A DNA stretch of 64,000 bases from a virus (Duplodnaviria > Caudoviricetes): positions 32,001-96,000 of IMG/VR virus record IMGVR_UViG_3300033121_000493; one strand, given 5' to 3'. Below the pieces are notes generated by a model that saw only the letters and a program-made list of their open reading frames with translations, was not told the origin of the DNA and searched no databases. Shown here one piece after another: positions 29,747 to 38,029 of this stretch (the first letter of the stretch is position 1; every line of letters starts with the position of its first letter). The position numbers and the translations under genes are program-made.

Positions 29747-31081
29747 TTACGCCAATGCTCGAAGCGATGTCAAATTTTGCACGAATTCACTACGGCTATT
29801 ATTTGTTCGACTAGCACTTGTAGCGAAGGAAACAAGATACGCGGCATACTCTGCCGCTACACTATCAGCCTTATACTCGTCGAGTGCTGAGGCTGATTTC
29901 ACTACTTGTTGAACTGGAGCAGGCGTAACTATAGCCTTACCTAGATCAACTCTATACAGACTACATCGTGCCGCTAACGAATCGATCGCGCTGGCCAGCT
30001 TAGGTGTTGGGATATCTTTGGATTTCCCATCGTAGCTACCATTGTTCATAACCTTACTGTCTTTGTTCTTTAGATACGCAACTATTTTTTTACGTATTGC
30101 AGATGTCTTTACATCTGCCTTTTTACCTAGACCAGCGATCTCTACAAAGTCACCAAGCGATAAACAGATACCAGCTTTATGTAACCGATCAAACAGACTA
30201 TCTTTGTCATCACAGGCTTTTAACATTTCAAGTTCGTTATCTGTGGCGTCTAATCCGTGTAGCGCGCTACAGTAGCCAGCCAGGTCTAGAGCTTTACTAA
30301 TCTTTTCCATAACTGGCGCTTTTAGATATACCACACTAGATATAGGCGTCGGGTATAGTGCAGCGCTTATAGCAAATGTTTCGGCTAGCTCAGCACCACT
30401 AATAACTTTACCAGCAGACGCAGCTTTATCCAATCGTCTGATAGTGTACGCTACTCTATCAGCAGGACGCCACACCTTAGATATGTCAAAGAAGTCTGGA
30501 TCTGGGTTAGCTACATAAACCTGACGCCCGTCATCCAGGATACTACCTAGCATATCACTGGCATGTTTGCAGTAATCTTTTCTGGTCTTAGCTTTGTTGT
30601 CACAGATAGAGCATATATCATGACTAACCAAGCAAGACATAGATACTGGAAAACTTCCATTCTTTTCCAGTTCGGCTAAGTCCTTAGCGCACTTGTTGTT
30701 ATCTAGTGCAACAATCAGCTCTACGCGACCCATTGGCCCGTTGTGGGCCGATGCCACTACTCTGCCTAAAGCTTTAGATTTATCTTTATTTTCATGATTG
30801 TGAAAATAGCCAGCCTTTAGAAACGTATTGTGCCGCGTTTGATTTACATTGCGGCTGAAGTAATCGCCGTTTCTATTAGCACCAGTAGTTTCACCGTCGC
30901 CCAAAGCCAGCAGGTGAATTAAAGTTTCTTTGTCGTCTGAAGCGTACTTGCTGAAATCAAATAAATGTGAGGCAGCCCGCTTAACTAGCCAAGATGAGTC
31001 TACGCCACGACGATGCATAGGCACGAGAGCAGCTTCTGCTTCGTTAAAGCCGAAAGACCCAGATAGAATACTCTTAAACAT
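29747..31081 (-). CDS. Prohead maturation protease
   Basis: ANRNGDYF...HNHEN...GRVVAS...VSMSC..DICSIC..C motif set of HK97-type large-phage head proteases. Confidence 0.8.
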   Translation of the reverse strand: MFKSILSGSFGFNEAEAALVPMHRRGVDSSWLVKRAASHLFDFSKYASDDKETLIHLLALGDGETTGANRNGDYFSRNVNQTRHNTFLKAGYFHNHENKDKSKALGRVVASAHNGPMGRVELIVALDNNKCAKDLAELEKNGSFPVSMSCLVSHDICSICDNKAKTRKDYCKHASDMLGSILDDGRQVYVANPDPDFFDISKVWRPADRVAYTIRRLDKAASAGKVISGAELAETFAISAALYPTPISSVVYLKAPVMEKISKALDLAGYCSALHGLDATDNELEMLKACDDKDSLFDRLHKAGICLSLGDFVEIAGLGKKADVKTSAIRKKIVAYLKNKDSKVMNNGSYDGKSKDIPTPKLASAIDSLAARCSLYRVDLGKAIVTPAPVQQVVKSASALDEYKADSVAAEYAAYLVSFATSASRTNNSRSEFVQNLTSLRALA

Positions 31082-31099
31082 TACACACCTTAGCTGTTA

Positions 31100-32476
31100 T
31101 TACTGATCCTGCCCTAGTCCATGTTCCAAAATACTACTGATGTACGGCCATACATGTGGACCAACAGTCGTTAGTGCCGCGCCGGTTGCAGCCGCTGGAC
31201 CAATCCACTTCAACTTTGGAGCGCCAAATCTAGGCGGTGACATATGCGCATCCAGCGCCCTATCTATCATACCATTCCAGTTTACTTCTATTGGTGGTAT
31301 TGGTTCGCCGACTGGAATCACACGACGTTGTGTTTTTGGTAACAGCGTTTCTGGTAACATGTCAACCATATGCTTGTGGGGGTTTACGTCAGCTTCACGC
31401 AACGTATTGTCTAAAATTTTACGAATACCGGCGGTCGGCGTACTAAATCCATCGCCCATTAGGCCAAGGCGGCTAAACCAATTAGCTCCCGGCGGTGCAT
31501 TAACCTTTACTGGGGGGGTTTTGCCGCCAAGAAACCGACGAGCTATACGCGATGTATTGTCTAAAATCTTACGCATACCGGTGATCGGTGCGCTCAACTC
31601 ATCGCCCATCAGGCCGTGGCGTCTGAACCAATTAGCTTCTGGCAGCGCTTTGCCGTCTATTGTGGTTGTACCGCCACGAAACCAGCGCGCGATAGAATCG
31701 TCGACGACATTATTTGCTAGGACGGGAGTATTAGCTCTTAACTTGGTCCGTAACGCGCCGAGTTGTTCATCTACCTTAGACAATTGGTTTGCAGCATTTT
31801 CGTTACCTGCATTCATTAAGGCACTTAGCCTCGAACGGGTAGTTGTCAAGTTTTCCAATGAATTTAGATCAGCTTTATGCTGAGCTAAACTAGTATATAT
31901 TGCATTTGGATTTTTATGGAATTCAGCTGCAAGTTCTTGTAGTTTAGGTATACGACCCGCCGTCATGTTATGCATACCTTGCGCGGCATATCCCAACCCA
32001 GCGCCAGACAAGCCACCAACTGCACCTTGACCTAGCATGTCCTGTACGTAGTCTGGATTAGCAGCAGTAATAGCGTGCTGTATGTCATTTGGATCAACGT
32101 TGGCGTTAGGAGGAGCTATATCACCTTTATACTTGCGATACAAATTAGACCCGGCATAGCCACCAATACCACCTAGCGCGCTACCAAGTAAAGCATCTGC
32201 TAATGGACTAGCCCCACCAGTTAACAATGACGCCGCACCCATACCCGCGCCACCAGCCAGCGATGAAATAAGAGCAGCCTTGGCATCCGGCGATAGTTGG
32301 TTATACGCTGCAAGCAATCTAGCTTTTAGATCGCTGGCACCAGACATCATGCTATTTCCAACGTTACTAGCGCCAGATGCTAATTGATCTTTAAGTCCAG
32401 CTATAGTGGACATAAAGTCGGCTTTCTTAGTTAAAGCCAGTTTAGCTAATTCTTTTGCTAGTGGTTTGGTATCCAC
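31100..32476 (-). CDS. Putative internal/ejection protein with glycine-zipper segments
   Basis: LAGGAGMGAASLL, LLGSALGGIGGYAG; N-terminal K-x-A motifs; internal duplication with 50-codon period. Confidence 0.5.
   Translation of the reverse strand: MDTKPLAKELAKLALTKKADFMSTIAGLKDQLASGASNVGNSMMSGASDLKARLLAAYNQLSPDAKAALISSLAGGAGMGAASLLTGGASPLADALLGSALGGIGGYAGSNLYRKYKGDIAPPNANVDPNDIQHAITAANPDYVQDMLGQGAVGGLSGAGLGYAAQGMHNMTAGRIPKLQELAAEFHKNPNAIYTSLAQHKADLNSLENLTTTRSRLSALMNAGNENAANQLSKVDEQLGALRTKLRANTPVLANNVVDDSIARWFRGGTTTIDGKALPEANWFRRHGLMGDELSAPITGMRKILDNTSRIARRFLGGKTPPVKVNAPPGANWFSRLGLMGDGFSTPTAGIRKILDNTLREADVNPHKHMVDMLPETLLPKTQRRVIPVGEPIPPIEVNWNGMIDRALDAHMSPPRFGAPKLKWIGPAAATGAALTTVGPHVWPYISSILEHGLGQDQ
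31404..31637. repeat. Intragenic direct repeat (~84 bp, 150-bp period)
   Basis: ANWFRRHGLMGDELSAPITGMRKILDNT versus ANWFSRLGLMGDGFSTPTAGIRKILDNT. Confidence 0.8.
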
Positions 32477-32478
32477 GT

Positions 32479-33669
32479 TTATTCTCCGGGCTGATCGAGC
32501 TTCTTAATCTTAGTTTCTGTATCAATTAACTGTCCAGCTTCAAACGGATCTATATGACCTAGCTCAAGTTGGCGTCGTAATACAGCTCGCATAAGTTCTG
32601 GTCGGTCATTGAGTCGTGGAGATAGGCTAGACAGTGAATTAAACACAGTAATAACATCACCAGGCTTATGCTTTGAAATAACAGGGTCGCTAGCTATCCA
32701 CGAATTCAGCGACGATTTCATATTGATTGCGCGTATGCGCTTATCATAATCCGTGGCTTTGGAAAAATCCGAGTTAGTAAACTCGTCTTCGTCGTTATCG
32801 CTAGCGTTTGGATTTAGAAGCCCACCTAACTCCTTATACATAGGCATCTTAGGTAATACCTTGTCTTCGATAAATCCTGCAGCTTTTGTTATTGCATCAA
32901 TATCAGCCTGGATACTATCAGCCTTATGTTTATTAGCTGCGTATACAGCGGCTTCATCCATAGCTTTCTTAATAAGAACGTATGGCTTAGCACTAACATC
33001 AAACGCTACAGATACCTTTGCACTGGCTCTCTTTACGTTGTTACTTATACCAGCAGCCACCATATCAAGTACTGGCTTAATGGCATCACCGTACGTAGCA
33101 ACAGCGTTTGCTTCTACAACATCAAATGGAATTGCATTAAACCCGGCAAAATACTCTGTAGCCGATTTAACAAAATCCACAATTCTAGATTTAGCAGCCA
33201 GCGTATCTATATCTGCGCGTGCTTTAGCCTCTTTTAACGAACGCCGCTCGGTGTAAGCAGCTTCTAGTATCTTAGCTGGATCTAGCTTTACAAGTTTGGG
33301 CGGGATAAGAAACGCAGCTTTTGCCATAGGCTCAGCTATGTTATCCGTATCAAATGTTTGTGGAGTCTCAAACCCGACAGACTTAGTGGCCGTAGCGGCT
33401 TTTGTCACTTTTGGCCAAATAGTATCAATGGCTTTTTGCGCATCAGCTAATGGAAAAGAACTACCTTTCTCCATAGGATCTGCCGTTTGAAAATGCGATA
33501 GTACCTTGCTGGTGTTATATACTTCAGCCAAACGTCTAACAAACTCAGGCGACAAATTATTACTTACGGCAGCTTTGCATAGAGCGTCCGTAGGATCTGC
33601 GCCATTGTTTGTAGCCTCTATAACGCCTGTTACAGCGTTGACTACTTTAGCTTCATTAGTATTAGCCAC
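32479..33669 (-). CDS. Hypothetical head-associated protein
   Basis: 396 aa, helical, many K-x-A motifs. Confidence 0.6.
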   Translation of the reverse strand: MANTNEAKVVNAVTGVIEATNNGADPTDALCKAAVSNNLSPEFVRRLAEVYNTSKVLSHFQTADPMEKGSSFPLADAQKAIDTIWPKVTKAATATKSVGFETPQTFDTDNIAEPMAKAAFLIPPKLVKLDPAKILEAAYTERRSLKEAKARADIDTLAAKSRIVDFVKSATEYFAGFNAIPFDVVEANAVATYGDAIKPVLDMVAAGISNNVKRASAKVSVAFDVSAKPYVLIKKAMDEAAVYAANKHKADSIQADIDAITKAAGFIEDKVLPKMPMYKELGGLLNPNASDNDEDEFTNSDFSKATDYDKRIRAINMKSSLNSWIASDPVISKHKPGDVITVFNSLSSLSPRLNDRPELMRAVLRRQLELGHIDPFEAGQLIDTETKIKKLDQPGE

Positions 33670-33689
33670 GCGTCACCTACTTTATTAGT

Positions 33690-34613
33690 TTAAAATCCGC
33701 GAACGGAGTTATTGAACGCCTGCATCGCGGCCATGTTTTGCAGCCACGTTTGTACCGTTTTCTTAAGATATTCGTTATTAGCGGCACCTGGCGAATTCAC
33801 GTAATGCATAAGCGACGACATTAATTGCGGGTTCTGCATCAATGAATCAGACGGTAGTGCTTGCAACATTTGCGCAAACTGATTGGCAGCTTGTTCAGCG
33901 CCAAGGTTTTGTTGGTTTTTACTGAAATCGTTGTACTGGTCGTAGCCCCATTTTCCACCAGCCAAAGCACCAGCTCCGGCTAAAGCAGATAGTCCGTGTC
34001 TTACGTATGGATTACCGCTTGCTTGCCCGGCAAATTGCCCTATCCGATTACCTACGCTTGGTGCGTTTCTAATTACACTACCAGTCATTGCATTTGTTGC
34101 GCCACGTAACTTTGAACCAATCTGACCCACGCCTTCTACCACACGACCAAATATATTGCCCAAAGGTGCTGCTCTTTTTGCCATGTTTATGCCAGCACTA
34201 AAAAGACTAGCCTTTTTAACGAGAGCATTACACAAAGCTTTATCTTCTGGGCTACCGTCATGAAGCTCATTCATAACGCCAAGCGCAACCTTGGCCAACT
34301 CAGCCTCTTTGGTAAATCTAGTCTTTAGTTCCGCTAGAGTATCAGACGCCGATTTAACGTTGGGCTTCTTAATCTTAGACAGCGCAAGTTTAACCAGGTC
34401 TTCAGTAGACAAGCCACTAAGCCGTTCAGTGGCACTCGCAAACTTAATAAGTTCGTCATTTACGCAATTTTGGCCAAACTTAGCCACGCACGTATCAATA
34501 AATCCCCGCACAAATGGCGAGTAATTATTATTCACTTGATTTTCGGATTTCACCGTGCTCATTAGTTTCTCGCTTTTGGGCATTTTGTAGCCGTTGTAGT
34601 AATTCTGGCGCAT
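33690..34613 (-). CDS. Putative internal virion protein (true start probably MSTVKSEN, ~34563)
   Basis: K-x-A-rich N-terminus; hydrophobic LSALAGAGALAGG segment. Confidence 0.55.
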   Translation of the reverse strand: MRQNYYNGYKMPKSEKLMSTVKSENQVNNNYSPFVRGFIDTCVAKFGQNCVNDELIKFASATERLSGLSTEDLVKLALSKIKKPNVKSASDTLAELKTRFTKEAELAKVALGVMNELHDGSPEDKALCNALVKKASLFSAGINMAKRAAPLGNIFGRVVEGVGQIGSKLRGATNAMTGSVIRNAPSVGNRIGQFAGQASGNPYVRHGLSALAGAGALAGGKWGYDQYNDFSKNQQNLGAEQAANQFAQMLQALPSDSLMQNPQLMSSLMHYVNSPGAANNEYLKKTVQTWLQNMAAMQAFNNSVRGF

Positions 34614-35445
34614 GTGCTAGTGCCGTAGTCACCTCAACTGACGACACTCCAGTATTATCAATCGGAGCAAGACAAAATTGTATCGAACTGAGTATCGAAG
34701 CTACAAATTGTTTAACGTCTGCATTTTCACCACTACCACCACTTGGCATGGATTTCTGAACTTCAAACTCAGTTCGCTTCGTCTCAAGATACTCTTCTAT
34801 TACTTCATGAGCGTTGAATTGGTTGATATCCCTAACGTTCAACGCCTTAATAGCCTGTCGCCGTATCTGTGATGTGAAGATATCATCCAGCTTGTTTATG
34901 TCAGACTTTTCTAGGGCACCATCATTCCATAGTGCCATTACTGCATTAGTACCACAAGATAGGGCTACTTGCTTCCAAAACGGATCAGGGTCTAAATCTC
35001 TATTACCACGGTCTCTTATTTTAGAACCTATGTACGTTTTGATAGCGCCTGGCTTGTCCAAATGCTGTCGTACGTCGAAGAAGCACAACTCATACGTAGT
35101 TATTACTGAAGTCGGTAAGCCAAGATAATTGGCTATTTCTTCGGTTTCCATTCCCGCTATTACTAATGCTTCTATGTGAAATCTTGGACCTCTATACTCG
35201 CGCGTGAATATGTCATACGCCCAGTATATATCTTGAAATGTTGTTTCCAGTCGTTCTTGCTCAGCTTCAGTTGTTTCACGCCAAGCTTCTATAAACCTGG
35301 TTAACTCAACAACCAACGCGTCTTTCTCTGTAATAAAGAACTTGATACCTGAGTCTACTAGTTTCACGGCACGAGAATACCGCCATTGCGGATCTAATAA
35401 AGACCGCAGTGACGGTATTCTTGATTGGATAGCCGCTTTTTCCAT
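34528..35445 (-). CDS. Hypothetical protein
   Basis: 305-aa ORF coupled to its neighbours. Confidence 0.6.
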   Translation of the reverse strand: MEKAAIQSRIPSLRSLLDPQWRYSRAVKLVDSGIKFFITEKDALVVELTRFIEAWRETTEAEQERLETTFQDIYWAYDIFTREYRGPRFHIEALVIAGMETEEIANYLGLPTSVITTYELCFFDVRQHLDKPGAIKTYIGSKIRDRGNRDLDPDPFWKQVALSCGTNAVMALWNDGALEKSDINKLDDIFTSQIRRQAIKALNVRDINQFNAHEVIEEYLETKRTEFEVQKSMPSGGSGENADVKQFVASILSSIQFCLAPIDNTGVSSVEVTTALAHAPELLQRLQNAQKRETNEHGEIRKSSE

Positions 35446-37740
35446 TTACACTCGGGCACCTAGATTCAGCTCAAGTCCATCCAGCGACGACCCAGAGCTA
35501 ATTCTACGTTGCTTCAAGAATAGGATCAGATCACCCAGCGCGCTAGATACGTTCTTTAGCTGATCTTCTAATTCTGGCAAGTTCTCATTACCATATCGCT
35601 CTTTGAACTTATCTCCGAACCAGTAGTAGATACACATGATACGGTTTACACGGTCAAGGCCAAGAATCAGATCGCCTAGATACTTACCAATTAAGTCATC
35701 GTTATCGATGGTCTTGATAAGCGAAGCGATGGCCGACGTATCGAAGACTTCTTTTTGACCAGTCTGTGCGGCCTGCATCATCTGTTCTTTTTCGGCTTTA
35801 CCTAGATACGCTTCTGGATTAGCGTCCATCTGAGGTGACTGCATAAGTGCGTTCATCTCATATTGTTCTGGTACGCCAGCATACGAATCAAACCCCATAC
35901 CAGGCTCTGGAATAGGAGGAGCGTAGTCAGCACTAAGTTTCATCAGATACTCAGCCGACTTACCAGGAGCAATATCTACAAGACTATCAGCATCTTTTGC
36001 CGAAGCTCCAGACTTCTTTATCGCAGCTAGAACAACGCGCTGCCGACTAAATGGACCTGTACCGTTAACAAAGTAGCTGTTACTATAGTCACGGCTTACC
36101 TTCACAACACTCATACCAGACTTCATTAGCCCCATCTCAAAAGAGATGAGTGAACCTGGGTCTATAGACGACCACGTATTAACGTTGTCTTTATTTGCAG
36201 ACTTAGCGAGCTTTATGACCTTAGCCGAATTAGGCACAAACAGCGTATTACCCACACATTTGATAGCTATATCTCGGTCTACAATAACTATCTGAGTCAC
36301 ATTCCAGTTACCAACAGTTGGATATGAGCTATCACTACTTTCTGGTAGCGGACTGGATACGTGCATACCGTTTATACCACGTGTCCCTGTGTACTTGGTG
36401 TAATCGCTGGCTGGGTTTCTGGCAAAAGCTTTGCTATTGTCAGACTCAACCCATCCACGTCCTTCGTGGTTTTGCTCAAACGTGCGTAATGGGTTGGCTA
36501 CACTAGGTTCAGCGGTCATGGGACAAACAATTACACGCGTAGTACCATCTTTATCCGTTAGCTTGTTTTCAACTTTGAACGCTACCGTAGCAGCCATTCT
36601 GTTAGTAGCGATCACGTAGTTGTTACCAGTTGTCATGGAAGTGACATCGTCAAGCTTGTCCATAGCTTCAAGATTTTCAGCTCTGTCACCTTCCATCGGC
36701 TTACACCACAATAGTGTAGGCCACTGATAGAAGAACTCGTTATCTTTGTCTAGGTTAACAACTAGTGCAGCTCTGGATACACCCTCGCCAATAGGATGCG
36801 GGGCTATAAACACCCACACATTGACAAATGTGTTCTTGTCCGTAAGCAGTTCATACTTACCACTGATAGTAGGATTTACCAGATTGTACGAACCACGTTT
36901 ATAAATACCGTTATGCTCAGAGCGGTTATCGCGTACGATTATTTCACCGCGCATCAGTGCTTCACGGTCTTTATCGAAGATGGCATCCGCCGCAGCTTCC
37001 TTACCAAAGATTACTTTTACAGTATTGGTAGATCTGTCAATGGCTCTAGCTGCTTTAAAGACATTGAAATCTTTTTCAGCTGCGGTATTTGGATTAAACT
37101 TCTTTGAGTTATCTAACGCACGCTTAGTAATGAGCTTATCTAGCGAGTAGTAATTGGTTACGGCGGCATTGAACCGCTCATCCTTTTTCATAGCGTCCAG
37201 CATCATTACTACTGTGCCGCAGTTGGCTGTCTTCTCTAAGAATTCAGGCAACTGTAGCGCGCTACCGTTTCGTGTCGTAAATACTTTTGGTAGTTCACCA
37301 AGATCACTGGCCGATCGAACGTTGAACAACTCCAACCCAGGACGTCCAGCTCTACCCGTAATACCTCTAATGTCTGGTGACATGACACCTAGCTGTTGTT
37401 CAGTTCTAGGTTCTTTCTCGCCAAGCTTAAACGGTCTACGATTAAGTAGAAACGAAATCCAATTATCCGCCAGCGGAAGGAAAAGATCCTGTTCTTTCAA
37501 ATACATGAAATTACATTTGAGCTCACCGTTCAAATAGAAGCACGGCACAAGTATCAGCTGCTCGCCAACTTTAAACCCAAATACACCAAGTGCGTGAGTT
37601 TGATCGTCGTTTGCGTCGACTATCTCAAACCCCAACATGTAATCCATTAATGACGGAGCTTTATCGCGCAACTGAGCGTGCGATAAATTTGCAAGTGTTA
37701 GTTCAAAATCACTATCTGGAGATTGTGCTATAGACGCCAC
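35446..37740 (-). CDS. Large hypothetical virion/head assembly protein
   Basis: 764 aa in the head module; K-x-A motifs. Confidence 0.55.
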   Translation of the reverse strand: MASIAQSPDSDFELTLANLSHAQLRDKAPSLMDYMLGFEIVDANDDQTHALGVFGFKVGEQLILVPCFYLNGELKCNFMYLKEQDLFLPLADNWISFLLNRRPFKLGEKEPRTEQQLGVMSPDIRGITGRAGRPGLELFNVRSASDLGELPKVFTTRNGSALQLPEFLEKTANCGTVVMMLDAMKKDERFNAAVTNYYSLDKLITKRALDNSKKFNPNTAAEKDFNVFKAARAIDRSTNTVKVIFGKEAAADAIFDKDREALMRGEIIVRDNRSEHNGIYKRGSYNLVNPTISGKYELLTDKNTFVNVWVFIAPHPIGEGVSRAALVVNLDKDNEFFYQWPTLLWCKPMEGDRAENLEAMDKLDDVTSMTTGNNYVIATNRMAATVAFKVENKLTDKDGTTRVIVCPMTAEPSVANPLRTFEQNHEGRGWVESDNSKAFARNPASDYTKYTGTRGINGMHVSSPLPESSDSSYPTVGNWNVTQIVIVDRDIAIKCVGNTLFVPNSAKVIKLAKSANKDNVNTWSSIDPGSLISFEMGLMKSGMSVVKVSRDYSNSYFVNGTGPFSRQRVVLAAIKKSGASAKDADSLVDIAPGKSAEYLMKLSADYAPPIPEPGMGFDSYAGVPEQYEMNALMQSPQMDANPEAYLGKAEKEQMMQAAQTGQKEVFDTSAIASLIKTIDNDDLIGKYLGDLILGLDRVNRIMCIYYWFGDKFKERYGNENLPELEDQLKNVSSALGDLILFLKQRRISSGSSLDGLELNLGARV

Positions 37741-37753
37741 AGGTTATTACCCC

Positions 37754-37990
37754 TTACATTATTTTGGTAGTTGATTGGTTTAACCCTTTTGCCGGATTAG
37801 TCATAGGCTTTATAGGCATACTGATCGGCTTAGTACCAGCCGGTTTATTACCAAGTCCTATACCACCCATTCCAGTTAAACCACGCATACCAACACCTTG
37901 CGTTGATTGCATTGGACCTATGCTGGGTATACCAGTGGCTAACGCCTGCTTATACAATTCAACGCCTAGGTTATATGCAAAATCATTCAT
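37754..37990 (-). CDS. Small hypothetical virion protein
   Basis: MNDFAYNLGVELYKQA followed by a G/P/M-rich tail. Confidence 0.55.
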   Translation of the reverse strand: MNDFAYNLGVELYKQALATGIPSIGPMQSTQGVGMRGLTGMGGIGLGNKPAGTKPISMPIKPMTNPAKGLNQSTTKIM

Positions 37991-38029
37991 GGCTTATGTT
38001 ACCTTATAGTAGTGGCATCCGCCAAAAAG

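Noticed and set aside
35446-37740. Portal protein call for the 764-aa ORF
   Set aside because: The position is compatible but I recognise no portal motifs; needs HHpred or structure prediction
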